This document shows positions 27,355 through 38,647 of a stretch of 64,000 nt of DNA, piece by piece (the stretch's first letter is position 1; each line of letters starts with the position of its first letter). The notes under the pieces were generated by a model. That model did no database searches. It was given only the letters and a program-made list of their open reading frames with translations, and had not been told where the DNA came from. The stretch is from positions 448,001-512,000 of the forward strand of contig JBGAON010000002.1 of assembly GCA_044221725.1 (NCBI GenBank), written 5' to 3'. This stretch comes from Elusimicrobiota bacterium. GTDB lineage: Bacteria > Elusimicrobiota > Elusimicrobia > F11. Both the position numbers and the translations under genes were made by a program.

Positions 27355-28408
27355 TTTCACTCCGTGGGCTTCGGCGCCGCCGAGTTGGATCACCGCCGGC
27401 GGCGATGATTTTGACGGAATCGTTCTCTCCTCGCGCGTCCGAATCGCGCGAAATTTGCTTGGCGTTTCGTTTCCGCACCACGCGAGCGCTTCGCAGCAGA
27501 AGAAAACGCTCGAGAATATAACGGAAGCTGTTCGAAGCTCGCCGACCATGGACAAAAACAGCGTGTTCCGGCTAAACCAGCTAAGCGCACTTGATCGTTT
27601 GTTTCTCATGGAGCGCCAACTGATCTCTCACGAACATGCCGAGAAAGAAGGGGACGTTGGGCTCGTGGTGGGCTCCGGCGAAACAACGTCGGTCATGATC
27701 AACGAAGAAGACCATATTCGAGCCGCGTGTTTTCGTCCGGGGTTGGCCCTCACCGAGGCGTGGGAAACCTTGTCGCGGCTGGACGACGATTTGGCCGGAA
27801 GACTTGCGTTTTCTTATAACGCGCAGCTTGGTTACGTCACTGCCTGCCCAACCAACATGGGGACTGGGTTCCGCGCTTCTTGTCTGCTTCACCTGCCGGC
27901 GCTGGTTATGACCGGGAAAATCCAGCACGTAATTAACGAACTTGCTCAGTACGGATTAACGGCACGTGGCTTCTACGGAGAAGGAACCATGGCGCTCGGA
28001 GATCTTTTTCAAATTTCAAACGTAAGAACTTTGGGGGAATCGGAGTCACAATTAATAAAGGAAGTGGAGCAAGCGGTGAAAGAAATCTGTCTCCGTGAGA
28101 AGCAAGAACACCAGAATATCCAAGAGTCGAACTTGAAATTGCGGGCCGAAGATCTCATTTCACGATCGTTTGGAACGTTGCAGTGGGCACGGACGTTAAA
28201 CCTGGCCGAAGGAATGAAGCATGTTTCGCTTGTCCGGCTGGGACTTAAGTTGCGCAAGCAGTTGCCGCTCAAGATGGACAAAGTTACGAGTTTCTTTTTC
28301 CTTTCCCAGCCAGTTCATCTTCAAATTCGTTCTCCACGAAGCCGGACCCCGGTGTCGGTTGAGTCGATTCGCGCCGATTATTTTCGCGGAGAATTAAAAA
28401 ATGATTGA
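27341..28408 (+). CDS. mcsB: Protein arginine kinase
   Basis: SSRVRIARN, NEEDH, TACPTNMGTG, RGFYGEG, QISN. Confidence 0.92.
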   Translation: MSKSDFTPWASAPPSWITAGGDDFDGIVLSSRVRIARNLLGVSFPHHASASQQKKTLENITEAVRSSPTMDKNSVFRLNQLSALDRLFLMERQLISHEHAEKEGDVGLVVGSGETTSVMINEEDHIRAACFRPGLALTEAWETLSRLDDDLAGRLAFSYNAQLGYVTACPTNMGTGFRASCLLHLPALVMTGKIQHVINELAQYGLTARGFYGEGTMALGDLFQISNVRTLGESESQLIKEVEQAVKEICLREKQEHQNIQESNLKLRAEDLISRSFGTLQWARTLNLAEGMKHVSLVRLGLKLRKQLPLKMDKVTSFFFLSQPVHLQIRSPRSRTPVSVESIRADYFRGELKND

Positions 28409-28527
28409 CCGGGATTTAAAAACATGGCGATTTTTCAATTCGTTGGTTAAACTAGCGACGAGTATGGGAAATAGATAACATTTCCGTCTTAAAACTTCGC
28501 TTGAAATAATAAGGAGGAACACCTCGG

Positions 28528-31011
28528 ATGTCCAACCGGTTCACAGAGAGAGCCCAGCGCGTCATTCTCATTGCGCAAGAAGAAGCCAAACGGTTGAACC
28601 ATGATTACGTCGGTACCGAGCATTTGCTTTTGGGATTGATTGCGCTCGGTGAAGGCGTTGCAGCTCAAGTTCTTGCAAACCTGGGCGTGGACCTGCGACG
28701 TGTGCGCAGCGAGATTGAAAAGATTGTCGGCACCGGTGATAACGTGATGCTGCTCGGCGAAATTCCGTTTACACCGCGAGCGAAAAAAGTTTTGGAATTG
28801 GCCGTGGAAGAAGCGCAGAACATGGGCCACAACTATGTGGGCACCGAGCATTTGCTTTTGGGGCTCATCCGAGAAGAAGAAGGTGTTGCGGCTCGCGTGT
28901 TGGAGAATCTCGGCGTTCGTTTGGATGTGGTTCGTGAAGAAGTAATTTCACTCCTGGGAGAAGGGCAGCCTCATCAGGCGCAGCAAACACAATCCGGCGG
29001 CAGTGCGTCCTCCTCAAAACCGAAATCGAAAACGCCGACACTCGATGAATTTGGTCGCGATTTAACCGTTCTTGCCAAAGAGAAGAAGTCGGACCCCGTC
29101 ATTGGCCGAGCCGATGAAATTACGCGTCTCATTCAGATCCTTGCTCGCCGAACGAAAAATAATCCGGTCCTCATTGGTGATCCTGGTGTGGGAAAAACGG
29201 CGATTGTGGAGGGACTCGCGCAGAAAATTGCGTCCGGCGATATTCCGGAAGTTCTCCAAGGCCGCCGCGTAATGACGCTCGACCTGGCTGCGGTTGTCGC
29301 CGGCACGAAGTACCGCGGCGAATTCGAACAGCGCTTAAAGAACATCATGGAAGAAATCCGCCGTGCAAAAAATCAGATCATCCTTTTTATCGATGAGCTG
29401 CACACCGTGATTGGTGCCGGCGCCGCCGAAGGTGCCATCGATGCATCAAATATGCTGAAGCCTGCGCTCGCGCGCGGTGAACTACAGTGCATCGGTGCAA
29501 CCACGCTCGACGAATACCGCCGTCATATTGAACACGACGCAGCGCTCGAACGACGTTTCCAACCGATACAGGTGGATCCACCCAGCATCGAGGACACCAT
29601 CAAAATTCTTATGGGGCTGCGAGAGAAATACGAAAGCCATCACAAAGTGAAATATTCGGACGAGGCAATGAAAGCGGCCGCAGAACTCGCGGAACGTTAC
29701 ATTACCGATCGATTCTTGCCGGACAAAGCAATTGACTTAATCGACGAGGCGGGCAGCCGTGCACGTCTTCAAATATCGACGATGCCAAAAAGCATCAAAG
29801 ATCGTGAAGGCGAGCTTGAGAGTTTGACGAAAGACAAAGACGGAGCCATCGCTTCTCAGGAATATGAAAAAGCAGCGCGCCTGCGTGACTCCGAAAAGGA
29901 ACTGAAGAAATCAATCGAAGAGCAAAAAAAGAAATGGCGCGCGAGTCGTGAAGAAACGATCCCGACCATTTCGGGAGAAGATATCGCCAGTGTGGTGTCT
30001 ATGTGGACGGGTATTCCGGTCAACAAGCTGACCGAGAAAGAATCCGACAAGTTGCTGCACATGGAAGACGCGCTGCACAACCGCGTCATCGGACAAGAAG
30101 AAGCGATTCGCAGTATTTCGCAAGCGATTCGCCGCTCGCGAACGGGTCTTAAAGATCCGAAGAAACCGGTCGGTAGCTTCATTTTTCTTGGTCCCACCGG
30201 CGTTGGTAAAACGGAGCTTGCGCGTGCGCTTGCTGAGTTTTTGTTTGGCAACGAGGAAGCGCTGATTCGTATCGACATGTCCGAATACATGGAGAAGTTT
30301 TCCGTGTCACGCCTTATTGGTGCGCCCCCGGGCTATGTTGGTTACGAGGAAGGTGGGCAACTTACCGAAGCCGTGCGACGCAAACCTTATTCGGTTGTGT
30401 TGCTCGATGAAATCGAGAAAGCGCACCCCGACACGTTCAATATTTTGTTGCAGATCATGGACGATGGTCACGTGACCGACAATCTCGGGCACAAGGTGAG
30501 TTTCAAGAACACCGTAGTGATCATGACATCGAACGTCGGAGCGCGCCTCATTTCGAAAGGGAAATCGTTGGGATTCGTTTCGAGTGAAGACGTGGATCGC
30601 GATTACAAATCGATGAAAGACACCGTGATGGAAGAGGTGAAACGCCACTTCAATCCCGAATTCTTAAACCGAATTGATGACATCATCGTGTTCCATCCGC
30701 TGGTTCGGGACGACGCAAAGAAAATTCTCGATATTATTTTGGATAGAGTTTCGAAGAAGTTGGCCAACCAAGACATTGTGCCAACGCTGACCGATGAAGC
30801 GAAAGACTTCCTTGTGTCGGAGGGTTTCGATCCGAACTACGGAGCTCGACCATTGGTGCGCACGATTCAGCGTCATCTCGAAGACCCGATGGCGGAAGAA
30901 ATCCTGGCAAAAAGATTAACCACTGGCGGGAAAGTGTACGTGGATTACGATCCCGATGCGAAAAAGCTCGTGTTTAGTCCAGCGCCGGTGAAAAGACCTG
31001 TCCGTAGCTAA
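28528..31011 (+). CDS. clpC: ATP-dependent Clp protease ATPase ClpC
   Basis: Two Clp-N repeats, two AAA+ modules ([16 protein letters not shown]), UVR middle domain, LGF ClpP loop; SD AAGGAGG. Confidence 0.97.
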   Translation: MSNRFTERAQRVILIAQEEAKRLNHDYVGTEHLLLGLIALGEGVAAQVLANLGVDLRRVRSEIEKIVGTGDNVMLLGEIPFTPRAKKVLELAVEEAQNMGHNYVGTEHLLLGLIREEEGVAARVLENLGVRLDVVREEVISLLGEGQPHQAQQTQSGGSASSSKPKSKTPTLDEFGRDLTVLAKEKKSDPVIGRADEITRLIQILARRTKNNPVLIGDPGVGKTAIVEGLAQKIASGDIPEVLQGRRVMTLDLAAVVAGTKYRGEFEQRLKNIMEEIRRAKNQIILFIDELHTVIGAGAAEGAIDASNMLKPALARGELQCIGATTLDEYRRHIEHDAALERRFQPIQVDPPSIEDTIKILMGLREKYESHHKVKYSDEAMKAAAELAERYITDRFLPDKAIDLIDEAGSRARLQISTMPKSIKDREGELESLTKDKDGAIASQEYEKAARLRDSEKELKKSIEEQKKKWRASREETIPTISGEDIASVVSMWTGIPVNKLTEKESDKLLHMEDALHNRVIGQEEAIRSISQAIRRSRTGLKDPKKPVGSFIFLGPTGVGKTELARALAEFLFGNEEALIRIDMSEYMEKFSVSRLIGAPPGYVGYEEGGQLTEAVRRKPYSVVLLDEIEKAHPDTFNILLQIMDDGHVTDNLGHKVSFKNTVVIMTSNVGARLISKGKSLGFVSSEDVDRDYKSMKDTVMEEVKRHFNPEFLNRIDDIIVFHPLVRDDAKKILDIILDRVSKKLANQDIVPTLTDEAKDFLVSEGFDPNYGARPLVRTIQRHLEDPMAEEILAKRLTTGGKVYVDYDPDAKKLVFSPAPVKRPVRS

Positions 31012-31039
31012 CGGTTAAAAATCTTAAATGAGAGTTAGT

Positions 31040-31085
31040 AAGGGGTTTTGGCCACACTTGCGCGGCCAAAACCCCTTTTATTTTT
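31040..31085 (+). terminator. Intrinsic terminator after clpC
   Basis: 14-bp perfect stem AAGGGGTTTTGGCC (31040-31053) / GGCCAAAACCCCTT (31064-31077), followed by TTATTTTT. Confidence 0.88.
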
Positions 31086-31086
31086 C

Positions 31087-34000
31087 ATGAAGAAGTTGAG
31101 CCGCGCGACCTCTGTTTCGTTCGCTATCGCCGCTATCTGCTGTTCCACGTGGATCGGTGCCCACTTGCTTTTATGTTGGAAAGCGGGACCCCGGATTGAG
31201 CGAATGCTGAAAGATCGCTATCGGATCGATATTCGTGTCCAAAAGATTCGCACCAATTTTTTGGGATCGTTGGTCGCTACAACCGACTGGGGAAAAATTC
31301 AAATCCGAGGTAAGGTGTTGCCGCAACCGGGCCTTCCGTGGACCGTTACGTTTCACACGAAAGAAATCAAAGCTGAAATTCCGCTGCACCAACTTTCGGA
31401 GCGTTTCCCGAAGATTCCTGACCTTAAGGGGGCCGTGTCTGCCGACGGAACGCTCGGGGGAATTCTGCGACCCAAGCCAATTCTTCAACACTGGAGCATT
31501 CGCGCTCATACCGAGCGCATGGTCTGGAAGCAGAACGATATGCTAATTCCGTTCTCTGCGGAAGTGGTTTTGTCTCCGGAACAAATTCGTTTGGTTTCCG
31601 TAAAAATTCGATCGGCCGTCTTTGTTAAAGGAAATATTGAAACGCCTTGGACCAATCCTCACGTCATGTTAACGGCGCGAGCGAACAAAGCATCAATATC
31701 GAAACTCCTAACTGCGTTTTCTCAAGACGCCTCGAAAAGCTTGGCTGGCGGCACGATTTCGTTTTTGTGCGAAATAAAGGGAAGCCTTACCAATCCATCG
31801 GTCAAAGGAAACGTTTCTCTCAATCCGATCTATGGCAAAGTGGTGATTCCATCGCTCGAGGGAACATTTTCGGTTGAAGACAAAAAACTTTTGGCCTCCG
31901 CCGATTTTTCCAAGGGCCGTGTCGAAGTCACCAGACAATTTTCCGGAAATGATTTCGCTGTGTGGTCGGTGGCGATGTCCGATGTGTCGCTTGCGAAAGC
32001 GGCACAAGTAAACGGTTGGGACAACGTGAACGGGCGACTGAACGCGCGGCTTGATATCGACACCGCACAGACATCGCCCAGCGTCGCCGGCAACATGGAT
32101 ATCGAAGGATTTGAATGGGGACGTTTTCGAGCGAACGAACGCGTCGATGGCCGCGTGACGATCGACCGCAAACGCATCGATTTCACCAGTGATGCGCTCG
32201 TCCTTAACGCAATGATCGCGGACAACATTGTTAAGCTTTCGAATTTCAAACTTGACTTCGGTCGTGGGTCCCGCGTGGCAGCATCCGGAACCATTGATTC
32301 GAAAGAAAAACTAATGGACATCCTCGTGGATGGTGCGAATATTCCTCCGGACTTGTGGCCGCCGCTCGTATCTCGCTATCCCATGATCACGGGATCCATG
32401 GATGTGCGCGGCTCCATGAAAGGCGCATGGTCCGGTCCGCAATCGACAGGCGATATATCGTTTAAAAATTTGAAGTTTGTTCCGTCTGGAGGGGCGTGGA
32501 GCGGACAAGCGAAAATCAACGGTTCTCCTGACAACGTGGCGTTGAAAGACATTCGAATTGCCGGTGGCTACAGCGGGGAGCTTACATGGGCATCGTTAAG
32601 AAAGAATCCGCGTGTCCAGGCGAAATTGTCTCTGCAGGCCGCCAACCCCCAACTGCTGCTCGATATCATTAAGTCAACCGCCGTCGTATCTGGAAAACTG
32701 GACGGAAATGCCGACCTCCTGTTTCGAGATGCGCTGCCCGTTGGTGTCGCCTCTTTTACGTGGACGAATGGCGGCATTCAAACCTTTTCATTCAATGAAT
32801 TGCGTACAAGCATGAAATTTTCCGGAGAGAACGTAACGCTTTCCGAATTTTCGTTAAGCCAAGACGCACGGGCAATTCATGGAGTTGGTGAGGCGCAGTT
32901 CAAAACGAACCATTGGTATTTCACGAGCAACATCCAGTTCCAACACTGGGGCACAAACTCCTTTGCGGTGGACGGCGAAACAATTGTGACCGGGCGCGTC
33001 GGATGGCCTGATCTTTCGATCGAATCGAAAATTAGTGCGCCACTTCTTTGGGTTAATGATTTTTCCGTTGAAAATATCACCGCGAAGATAACACGCGAGG
33101 GACCGCAATGGAAACTGGATGGCTCAACCGAGAAGGCTATCGAGTTCAATGGCGACTTTAATCAAGAATCAGAATACCTGAAAGGTTCGGTGCACGCGAA
33201 GAACGTTCGCATCGAAGAGATACTTTCGCGGTTTTCGTTGCCTCAAAAAAACATACCGAAGGGAGTCGGTAATGTGACCGCTACCTTTGCGGGCAAATTG
33301 GGAGAAATCGACAGCAAGGCCAAAGTCGATTTTTCCGATGTCGAGTGGCGAAAAGAGAAATTTGATGTCACGGCATCTATTAAAGTCAGTTCCTCCGCGA
33401 TCCTGATTTCCGAATGTAGGGGCCATCTCGTGAAAGGTGGGACGTTTTCACTTGCAGGCGCTATTTCGCGGGTTTCTGAAAGCTCTTCGCATTTGGCCGG
33501 AGAGGGCAAAGATCTTAATTTGCAATCGGTGTTTCATTTGCTGGATTGGCCCGCTAAGTGGGAAGGGGAGAGCAATGCAACATTTCGCGTGTCGGGCCCT
33601 TCGAACAATCTGGTTTATGGCATCGCGTTCGATGGCCATCATGATGGGTTTGGTCCATTTCCGTTGGGCGGTTCGCTGAAAGGCCAAATCACCGGCAGAG
33701 GCGGACAATGGGATTTGGCGGGCATCCGGGCAGAAAGCGGTGACGGCTACCTCGCCTTGCTGCCAGGAAGCAAAATTTATTTAGAGAGAAACGGTGCGGG
33801 TACCATGCAAATCATCGCGGACTCACGAAACCTTCGCGCCGGCTTGCTGTCTTTTTTTGGGGGAGCGGAGGTAACCGGAAGTTGGAAGTCAAATTCCGAA
33901 AATCCGGCGGAGCCGCATTCTCCCATCGAACTGGACATCTTTGCTCGGTCTCTTTGGGTCAATCAATACACGCTGGACGGAAATGTTACGCATCTCACTT

Positions 34001-36126
34001 TGAAGCCGGGCAAAGTCGAGTTTTCACCAATCGTGGGAAGTGGCCAACAACTTTCCGGAGTGATGGTGTACGCCGATTACCCAACTCTTGAGATGAACGA
34101 TTTTAAGCTGACCGACAACGGCACAGAGAAGTGTTTTCTCAATGGTTTTATTGGCCCTGATAAATGGGATTACAATTTGCGGCTGCATCATTTCGATGCG
34201 GGGATTATGCGAAGCCTTTTTGATACGACGATGCCGATTTCCGGTTTCATGGATGCGGAACTCAAAGGTTCGGGAAATTTAAAAAATCCCGTACTCGCCG
34301 GAGATGTCTCATTAGCGGACGGGCGGTTTGATGCGCTTCCGATTGATAGTGCTCAGGCCAAGCTCAATTACAAAAACGATATCCTGGAAATTAAGGATCT
34401 TAAAGCCACTCGGAAAAAGGGGTACGTGTTGTCCGGAAGATTTCGTATCGGTTTGCATTCGGATGAGAAAAAGGCAATTCCACCGGAAATGGATTTGGTC
34501 GTAGAAAAAGGCGATTTGGCCATGTTGCAAGACATGTGGCCGGACATCACCAAGGCACGAGGTTCCTTCACCGCACGATTTCAGATGGGAACACGGTCGT
34601 GGGGACGTTCGGTGTCCGGATACTTAATAGCCGAAAAGGTTCTTATTCAATCCGCGTACACGCCGAGTTTGTCAAAGGGCGAATTGAAAATTCGTCTCGA
34701 TAAGAACCGTTTGCACGTGGAGCAGGCACACGCGAAACTGGGGGATGGAAATCTCGCGTTAACGGGTTACGTGGACTTCACAGAGGGTATGCCGGATTTC
34801 TACAACCTCTCGCTGCGTTCCGAAGGGGAAAACGGAATCTCTATTCGTGTGCCGCAACTCTCGATCTCTCCGGGCCCGTTTCTAGGTCAATTCGGTATTC
34901 TGAAACGTCGTTTGGCGGGGAGTTCGCGGGGCGAGCCGCTTGTTAATCTGTTGCTCAAGGGGCCCGCGTCGGCACCGCTGCTTGCCGGGACAATCGAATT
35001 AGAAAACACATTTTTCACCTATCCGCCCACGGCATCTCTCGGATACGAGAAGAAAAATACGGCTTTCCGCCGTTGGTTCAAAGACTTTCAAGAGAAATTG
35101 AGATGGGACGTCTCGCTCGTCGCCGGTTCGCGCACGTGGTATCAGAACGAGCTGGTGGACGCAAACGTGACCGGCAATATTCATTTTGTCGGAAACACGA
35201 ACGATATGGACGTGAGCGGTCGAATCAATACGCAACAGGGCAGCATTGTTTATTCCGGGAATGAATTCCGTATTAAAGAGGCGACGCTCGAACTCGAAAC
35301 AAAAAGTCCTGCCATCGAAGATACCAGCTCGAAACACGTTTATGTTTATTTGAAAGCGACCGCCGAGAAAGATGTCTATTACACCGATGGTCTCTCGAAT
35401 AACAATCAAGACACGATTGTAATGGTGGTGGATCGATCGCTGATGGGAGAAATCCAGCCCCGGTTTTACTCCCGTTACAATCCGAACCTGTCGTCTCAGC
35501 GCGCGCTGCAGTTGGCATTGGGGTTGCCGCTCAGTGAGTCGGTCGACACCAATAGCTTGTTACCCGATCAGCGCGCCACGCACCAAAACGAAAAGGAAGA
35601 CAACGACAAGTTGCTGCGGTTGGGTCTCGTTCAATTATTGGATTCGAGTCTCGCCTCGCCATTGGCGCGCGCGCTCGCACGAAACACGGGTCTCGTGGAC
35701 GTCATCCGTATCAGCTATCAAGGCGATGATCCAAACATCGCCAACGAAGTGCCGGTGGGAGATCAAGCATCGTCCAACAACATTACGCAGAACCAGTTTC
35801 TCAAATACGCGAAAGGCACGAAGGTCAAGTTTGGCCGAGGACTATCAAGTCGTTTGTTCGCCGACTATAGTGTTCGGGTTGATGAGTATCAAAACCAAGT
35901 CGATCTGCGGCATGAAGTGGAGCTTTCGTATCAATTGAAAAGAAATCTGTACCTGCGTGGGATTTCCGAACTCGACAACGAACACCAACTGGGTCGCGCG
36001 CCGGACCGTCGTGCAATATTGGAAAACCAATGGCGCTTTGGCTTGCCAAAGAACAAAAAGCCGAAGACGCCGAGAGATACAAAGGGATCCTTGGTCCCCG
36101 CGAAATCCGCCACAAAACCCACCTAA
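31087..36126 (+). CDS. tamB: TamB/AsmA-like (DUF490) large periplasm-spanning protein
   Basis: ~1680 aa, N-terminal TM segment, repetitive Gly-rich beta strands, C-terminal OMP-like strands; directly upstream of bamA. Start uncertain (ATG 31087 or TTG 31048). Confidence 0.75.
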   Translation: MKKLSRATSVSFAIAAICCSTWIGAHLLLCWKAGPRIERMLKDRYRIDIRVQKIRTNFLGSLVATTDWGKIQIRGKVLPQPGLPWTVTFHTKEIKAEIPLHQLSERFPKIPDLKGAVSADGTLGGILRPKPILQHWSIRAHTERMVWKQNDMLIPFSAEVVLSPEQIRLVSVKIRSAVFVKGNIETPWTNPHVMLTARANKASISKLLTAFSQDASKSLAGGTISFLCEIKGSLTNPSVKGNVSLNPIYGKVVIPSLEGTFSVEDKKLLASADFSKGRVEVTRQFSGNDFAVWSVAMSDVSLAKAAQVNGWDNVNGRLNARLDIDTAQTSPSVAGNMDIEGFEWGRFRANERVDGRVTIDRKRIDFTSDALVLNAMIADNIVKLSNFKLDFGRGSRVAASGTIDSKEKLMDILVDGANIPPDLWPPLVSRYPMITGSMDVRGSMKGAWSGPQSTGDISFKNLKFVPSGGAWSGQAKINGSPDNVALKDIRIAGGYSGELTWASLRKNPRVQAKLSLQAANPQLLLDIIKSTAVVSGKLDGNADLLFRDALPVGVASFTWTNGGIQTFSFNELRTSMKFSGENVTLSEFSLSQDARAIHGVGEAQFKTNHWYFTSNIQFQHWGTNSFAVDGETIVTGRVGWPDLSIESKISAPLLWVNDFSVENITAKITREGPQWKLDGSTEKAIEFNGDFNQESEYLKGSVHAKNVRIEEILSRFSLPQKNIPKGVGNVTATFAGKLGEIDSKAKVDFSDVEWRKEKFDVTASIKVSSSAILISECRGHLVKGGTFSLAGAISRVSESSSHLAGEGKDLNLQSVFHLLDWPAKWEGESNATFRVSGPSNNLVYGIAFDGHHDGFGPFPLGGSLKGQITGRGGQWDLAGIRAESGDGYLALLPGSKIYLERNGAGTMQIIADSRNLRAGLLSFFGGAEVTGSWKSNSENPAEPHSPIELDIFARSLWVNQYTLDGNVTHLTLKPGKVEFSPIVGSGQQLSGVMVYADYPTLEMNDFKLTDNGTEKCFLNGFIGPDKWDYNLRLHHFDAGIMRSLFDTTMPISGFMDAELKGSGNLKNPVLAGDVSLADGRFDALPIDSAQAKLNYKNDILEIKDLKATRKKGYVLSGRFRIGLHSDEKKAIPPEMDLVVEKGDLAMLQDMWPDITKARGSFTARFQMGTRSWGRSVSGYLIAEKVLIQSAYTPSLSKGELKIRLDKNRLHVEQAHAKLGDGNLALTGYVDFTEGMPDFYNLSLRSEGENGISIRVPQLSISPGPFLGQFGILKRRLAGSSRGEPLVNLLLKGPASAPLLAGTIELENTFFTYPPTASLGYEKKNTAFRRWFKDFQEKLRWDVSLVAGSRTWYQNELVDANVTGNIHFVGNTNDMDVSGRINTQQGSIVYSGNEFRIKEATLELETKSPAIEDTSSKHVYVYLKATAEKDVYYTDGLSNNNQDTIVMVVDRSLMGEIQPRFYSRYNPNLSSQRALQLALGLPLSESVDTNSLLPDQRATHQNEKEDNDKLLRLGLVQLLDSSLASPLARALARNTGLVDVIRISYQGDDPNIANEVPVGDQASSNNITQNQFLKYAKGTKVKFGRGLSSRLFADYSVRVDEYQNQVDLRHEVELSYQLKRNLYLRGISELDNEHQLGRAPDRRAILENQWRFGLPKNKKPKTPRDTKGSLVPAKSATKPT

Positions 36127-36138
36127 AAACTGCCCTTT

Positions 36139-36147
36139 TGTTATAAT
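36139..36147 (+). promoter_or_regulatory. Extended -10 promoter upstream of bamA
   Basis: TG-T-TATAAT consensus, 23 nt before ATG 36171. Confidence 0.6.
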
Positions 36148-36170
36148 CCAGCCTTCTTGCTTCTCGATAC

Positions 36171-38633
36171 ATGAAAGTAATTCAAAATCAATATAAATCA
36201 ACGATCTTTTGGGTCGTCTGTTTCGTGCTTTTCTTTGGTCCGTGTTTCTCCATTGCCGCTGAAGATTCGACAGATGTTAATTTGTCGTCTCCTACCGCAA
36301 AAACCGATGACTTACCATCATTGCCACAAGCAATTTCCGAGATCACGTTCGAAGGGAACAGCATTAACAAATCGAGCACGTTGGCTCGAAAAATCAAGTC
36401 GCGGAAAAATCAGCTTGTCGACAAAAAGAAACTTCAGGCGGACATCAAAATTCTTTATGAAACCGGGGATTTCGAAGATGTTTCCGTTGATATTACGCCG
36501 CTATCAAAAAAGGATTCCAAAGGACGCTACTTAAGTCGCGTTACGTTCCGGGTCGTCGAGCGCGCCATCATCAAGCGAATCGATTACAAAGGAAACCGCA
36601 AAATAAAAACGTCGTCCTTTGAAGAAAAAGTTCAGTCAAAAGAGGGCGAACCGTTTGATCGTTATAAAGCCTCGCTCGATGAGCGCTCCATCCTTGAACA
36701 TTACCGTGACGAGGGTTACGCAAAAGCGCAGGTGGAGCACTACACGACGCTGGATTCCAAGAAAAAGCAGATTTTGCTCACGTTCTTCATTGTCGAAGGT
36801 GAGCGCGTGATGGTGAAATCTCTGTCTGTGAAAGGAACGACGGTCTTTAGCGAGAAGAAAATTCTCAAGCAGATGGAAACACGACGCAAGAAGGTTTTTA
36901 AAGAGGAGCTTCTCCGCGAAGACCGAAACAGAATACTCGCGTTTTACCGGAATCACGGCCATTTGGACGTTGCTGTTTCAAGCCCCGTGATTCACATTGA
37001 CGAAGACAAGAACGAGGCGAACATTGAATTGAGCGTCGATGAAGGTCCCAAATACAAATTTGGGGCGATCACGTTCACGGGTTCCACAATTTTTAAGGAC
37101 AAAGAACTGCGCAAAGCGCTTGTTGTAAAGCCCGGTAAGGAATACCAGCAGAACAAATTTGATGAATCTATTTCCAATGTAAACTCGCTTTACGCCGACA
37201 AAGGTTACCTGCGCACCGAAGTTAATGCTGAGCCAAAACGCAACAAGGATTCGGGCACCGTCGATTTCGATGTAACGATCCGCGAGAGCTCCATTGTGTA
37301 CGTGGATGGCGTGTACGTTGACGGAAATACCTACACAAAAGATTATGTGATCAAGCGCGAAGTTCTGCTTAAGCCGGGCGATGTGTTTTCAGCGAGCCGG
37401 ATGCGACGTTCCGTCGAACGAATTTACAATTTGGGTTTTCTCGAAGACGTTAACGTTGATGTGCAGCAGCCGCGCGATCCGAATTTGGCGGATCTCATAT
37501 TTTCCGTAAAAGAAGGAAAACCGGGCGTGTTGTCCGCCGGGGCCGGTTTTTCAAGTGTGGACCGATTTGTCGGTACCCTGCAGGTTCAACACTCAAACCT
37601 TTTTGGTCGCGCGCAACGGCTGGATCTCACATACGAATTTGGTGCGCGTCGACAGAACTTCAGTATCGGTTGGACCGATCCGTGGTTTTTGGGTTACAAC
37701 ATGTCGGGCGGCGTGGATTTGTTCAATACGATTCGCGTTCGAGACTATCCGGGCTTTCGCAGTTCGTTCCGCGAAAAAAGACGCGGTGCCGGCTTCCGCC
37801 TTGGCCCTCGGATCACCGACGACACTTCGCTTTTATTTTCTTACACTCTGCAGACAACGGAAATATTCGACGTTGATGCTTCCATTAAACAGGATCTGTT
37901 CCCAACGTTTGGTATCCCCAAGGACCAAGCGCTTCAAACGGATTCCATTTCGCAGCTTAAGTCCAGTTTGATTTCGGAAGTCGCAACCGATACGCGGGAC
38001 AACAAATTTGATGCATCCCGTGGTTCGCGCAACACCGCATCGGTAGAAACAGCCGGCGGACCATTTGGTGGCGAAATTAATTATTACAAGCCTCAAGTAA
38101 CGTCATCGTGGTATTTTCCAACGTTTTGGAAATTTGTTTTTTCGCTTAGCGGGCGTGTTGCGTGGGTGAATTCGTTTTCTCCGTCGAACGATGTGCCGTC
38201 CTCAGAACGATTTTTCTTAGGAGGACCTGATACGATTCGCGGTTACAACAATAATTCGATCACGCCGCGGGTTACGGAGCGGAACGATTTTGGCATTGAG
38301 GAAACCAGTCAGATTCCCGGCCGCATTCTCACGCTGTTCAACGCCGAATACAAATTTCCAATTGTGCAGGAGCACAACAAAACAATTTTCCAAGGCGCAT
38401 TTTTCTTGGACGTCGGCGGAACCTGGCTGCGCACCGGCGACATTGATTTTACGACGGGCAAACTGGATAACCGAATGAAAGCTGGCGTCGGATTTGGTTT
38501 CCGTTTCAAAACACCAGTTTTCCCGATTCGTTTGGACTTTGGTATCCCGCTGAATCCGCGCAACACCGATAACACGCGGCAAGGCGATTCCCATGGTATT
38601 CAGCCGTACTTCACGATTGGAAATATTTTCTAA
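36171..38633 (+). CDS. bamA: Outer membrane protein assembly factor BamA
   Basis: Signal peptide, repeated POTRA motifs (Y...GY), NLFGRAQ, FFLGG..IRGY loop 6, terminal Phe. Confidence 0.95.
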   Translation: MKVIQNQYKSTIFWVVCFVLFFGPCFSIAAEDSTDVNLSSPTAKTDDLPSLPQAISEITFEGNSINKSSTLARKIKSRKNQLVDKKKLQADIKILYETGDFEDVSVDITPLSKKDSKGRYLSRVTFRVVERAIIKRIDYKGNRKIKTSSFEEKVQSKEGEPFDRYKASLDERSILEHYRDEGYAKAQVEHYTTLDSKKKQILLTFFIVEGERVMVKSLSVKGTTVFSEKKILKQMETRRKKVFKEELLREDRNRILAFYRNHGHLDVAVSSPVIHIDEDKNEANIELSVDEGPKYKFGAITFTGSTIFKDKELRKALVVKPGKEYQQNKFDESISNVNSLYADKGYLRTEVNAEPKRNKDSGTVDFDVTIRESSIVYVDGVYVDGNTYTKDYVIKREVLLKPGDVFSASRMRRSVERIYNLGFLEDVNVDVQQPRDPNLADLIFSVKEGKPGVLSAGAGFSSVDRFVGTLQVQHSNLFGRAQRLDLTYEFGARRQNFSIGWTDPWFLGYNMSGGVDLFNTIRVRDYPGFRSSFREKRRGAGFRLGPRITDDTSLLFSYTLQTTEIFDVDASIKQDLFPTFGIPKDQALQTDSISQLKSSLISEVATDTRDNKFDASRGSRNTASVETAGGPFGGEINYYKPQVTSSWYFPTFWKFVFSLSGRVAWVNSFSPSNDVPSSERFFLGGPDTIRGYNNNSITPRVTERNDFGIEETSQIPGRILTLFNAEYKFPIVQEHNKTIFQGAFFLDVGGTWLRTGDIDFTTGKLDNRMKAGVGFGFRFKTPVFPIRLDFGIPLNPRNTDNTRQGDSHGIQPYFTIGNIF

Positions 38634-38647
38634 AAAGGGAGAAAGAC

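Noticed and set aside
28615..28862. Exact 20-bp direct repeat ACCGAGCATTTGCTTTTGGG at 28615 and 28843
   Set aside because: Encodes TEHLLLG in the two Clp-N repeats of ClpC; not CRISPR or a mobile-element end.
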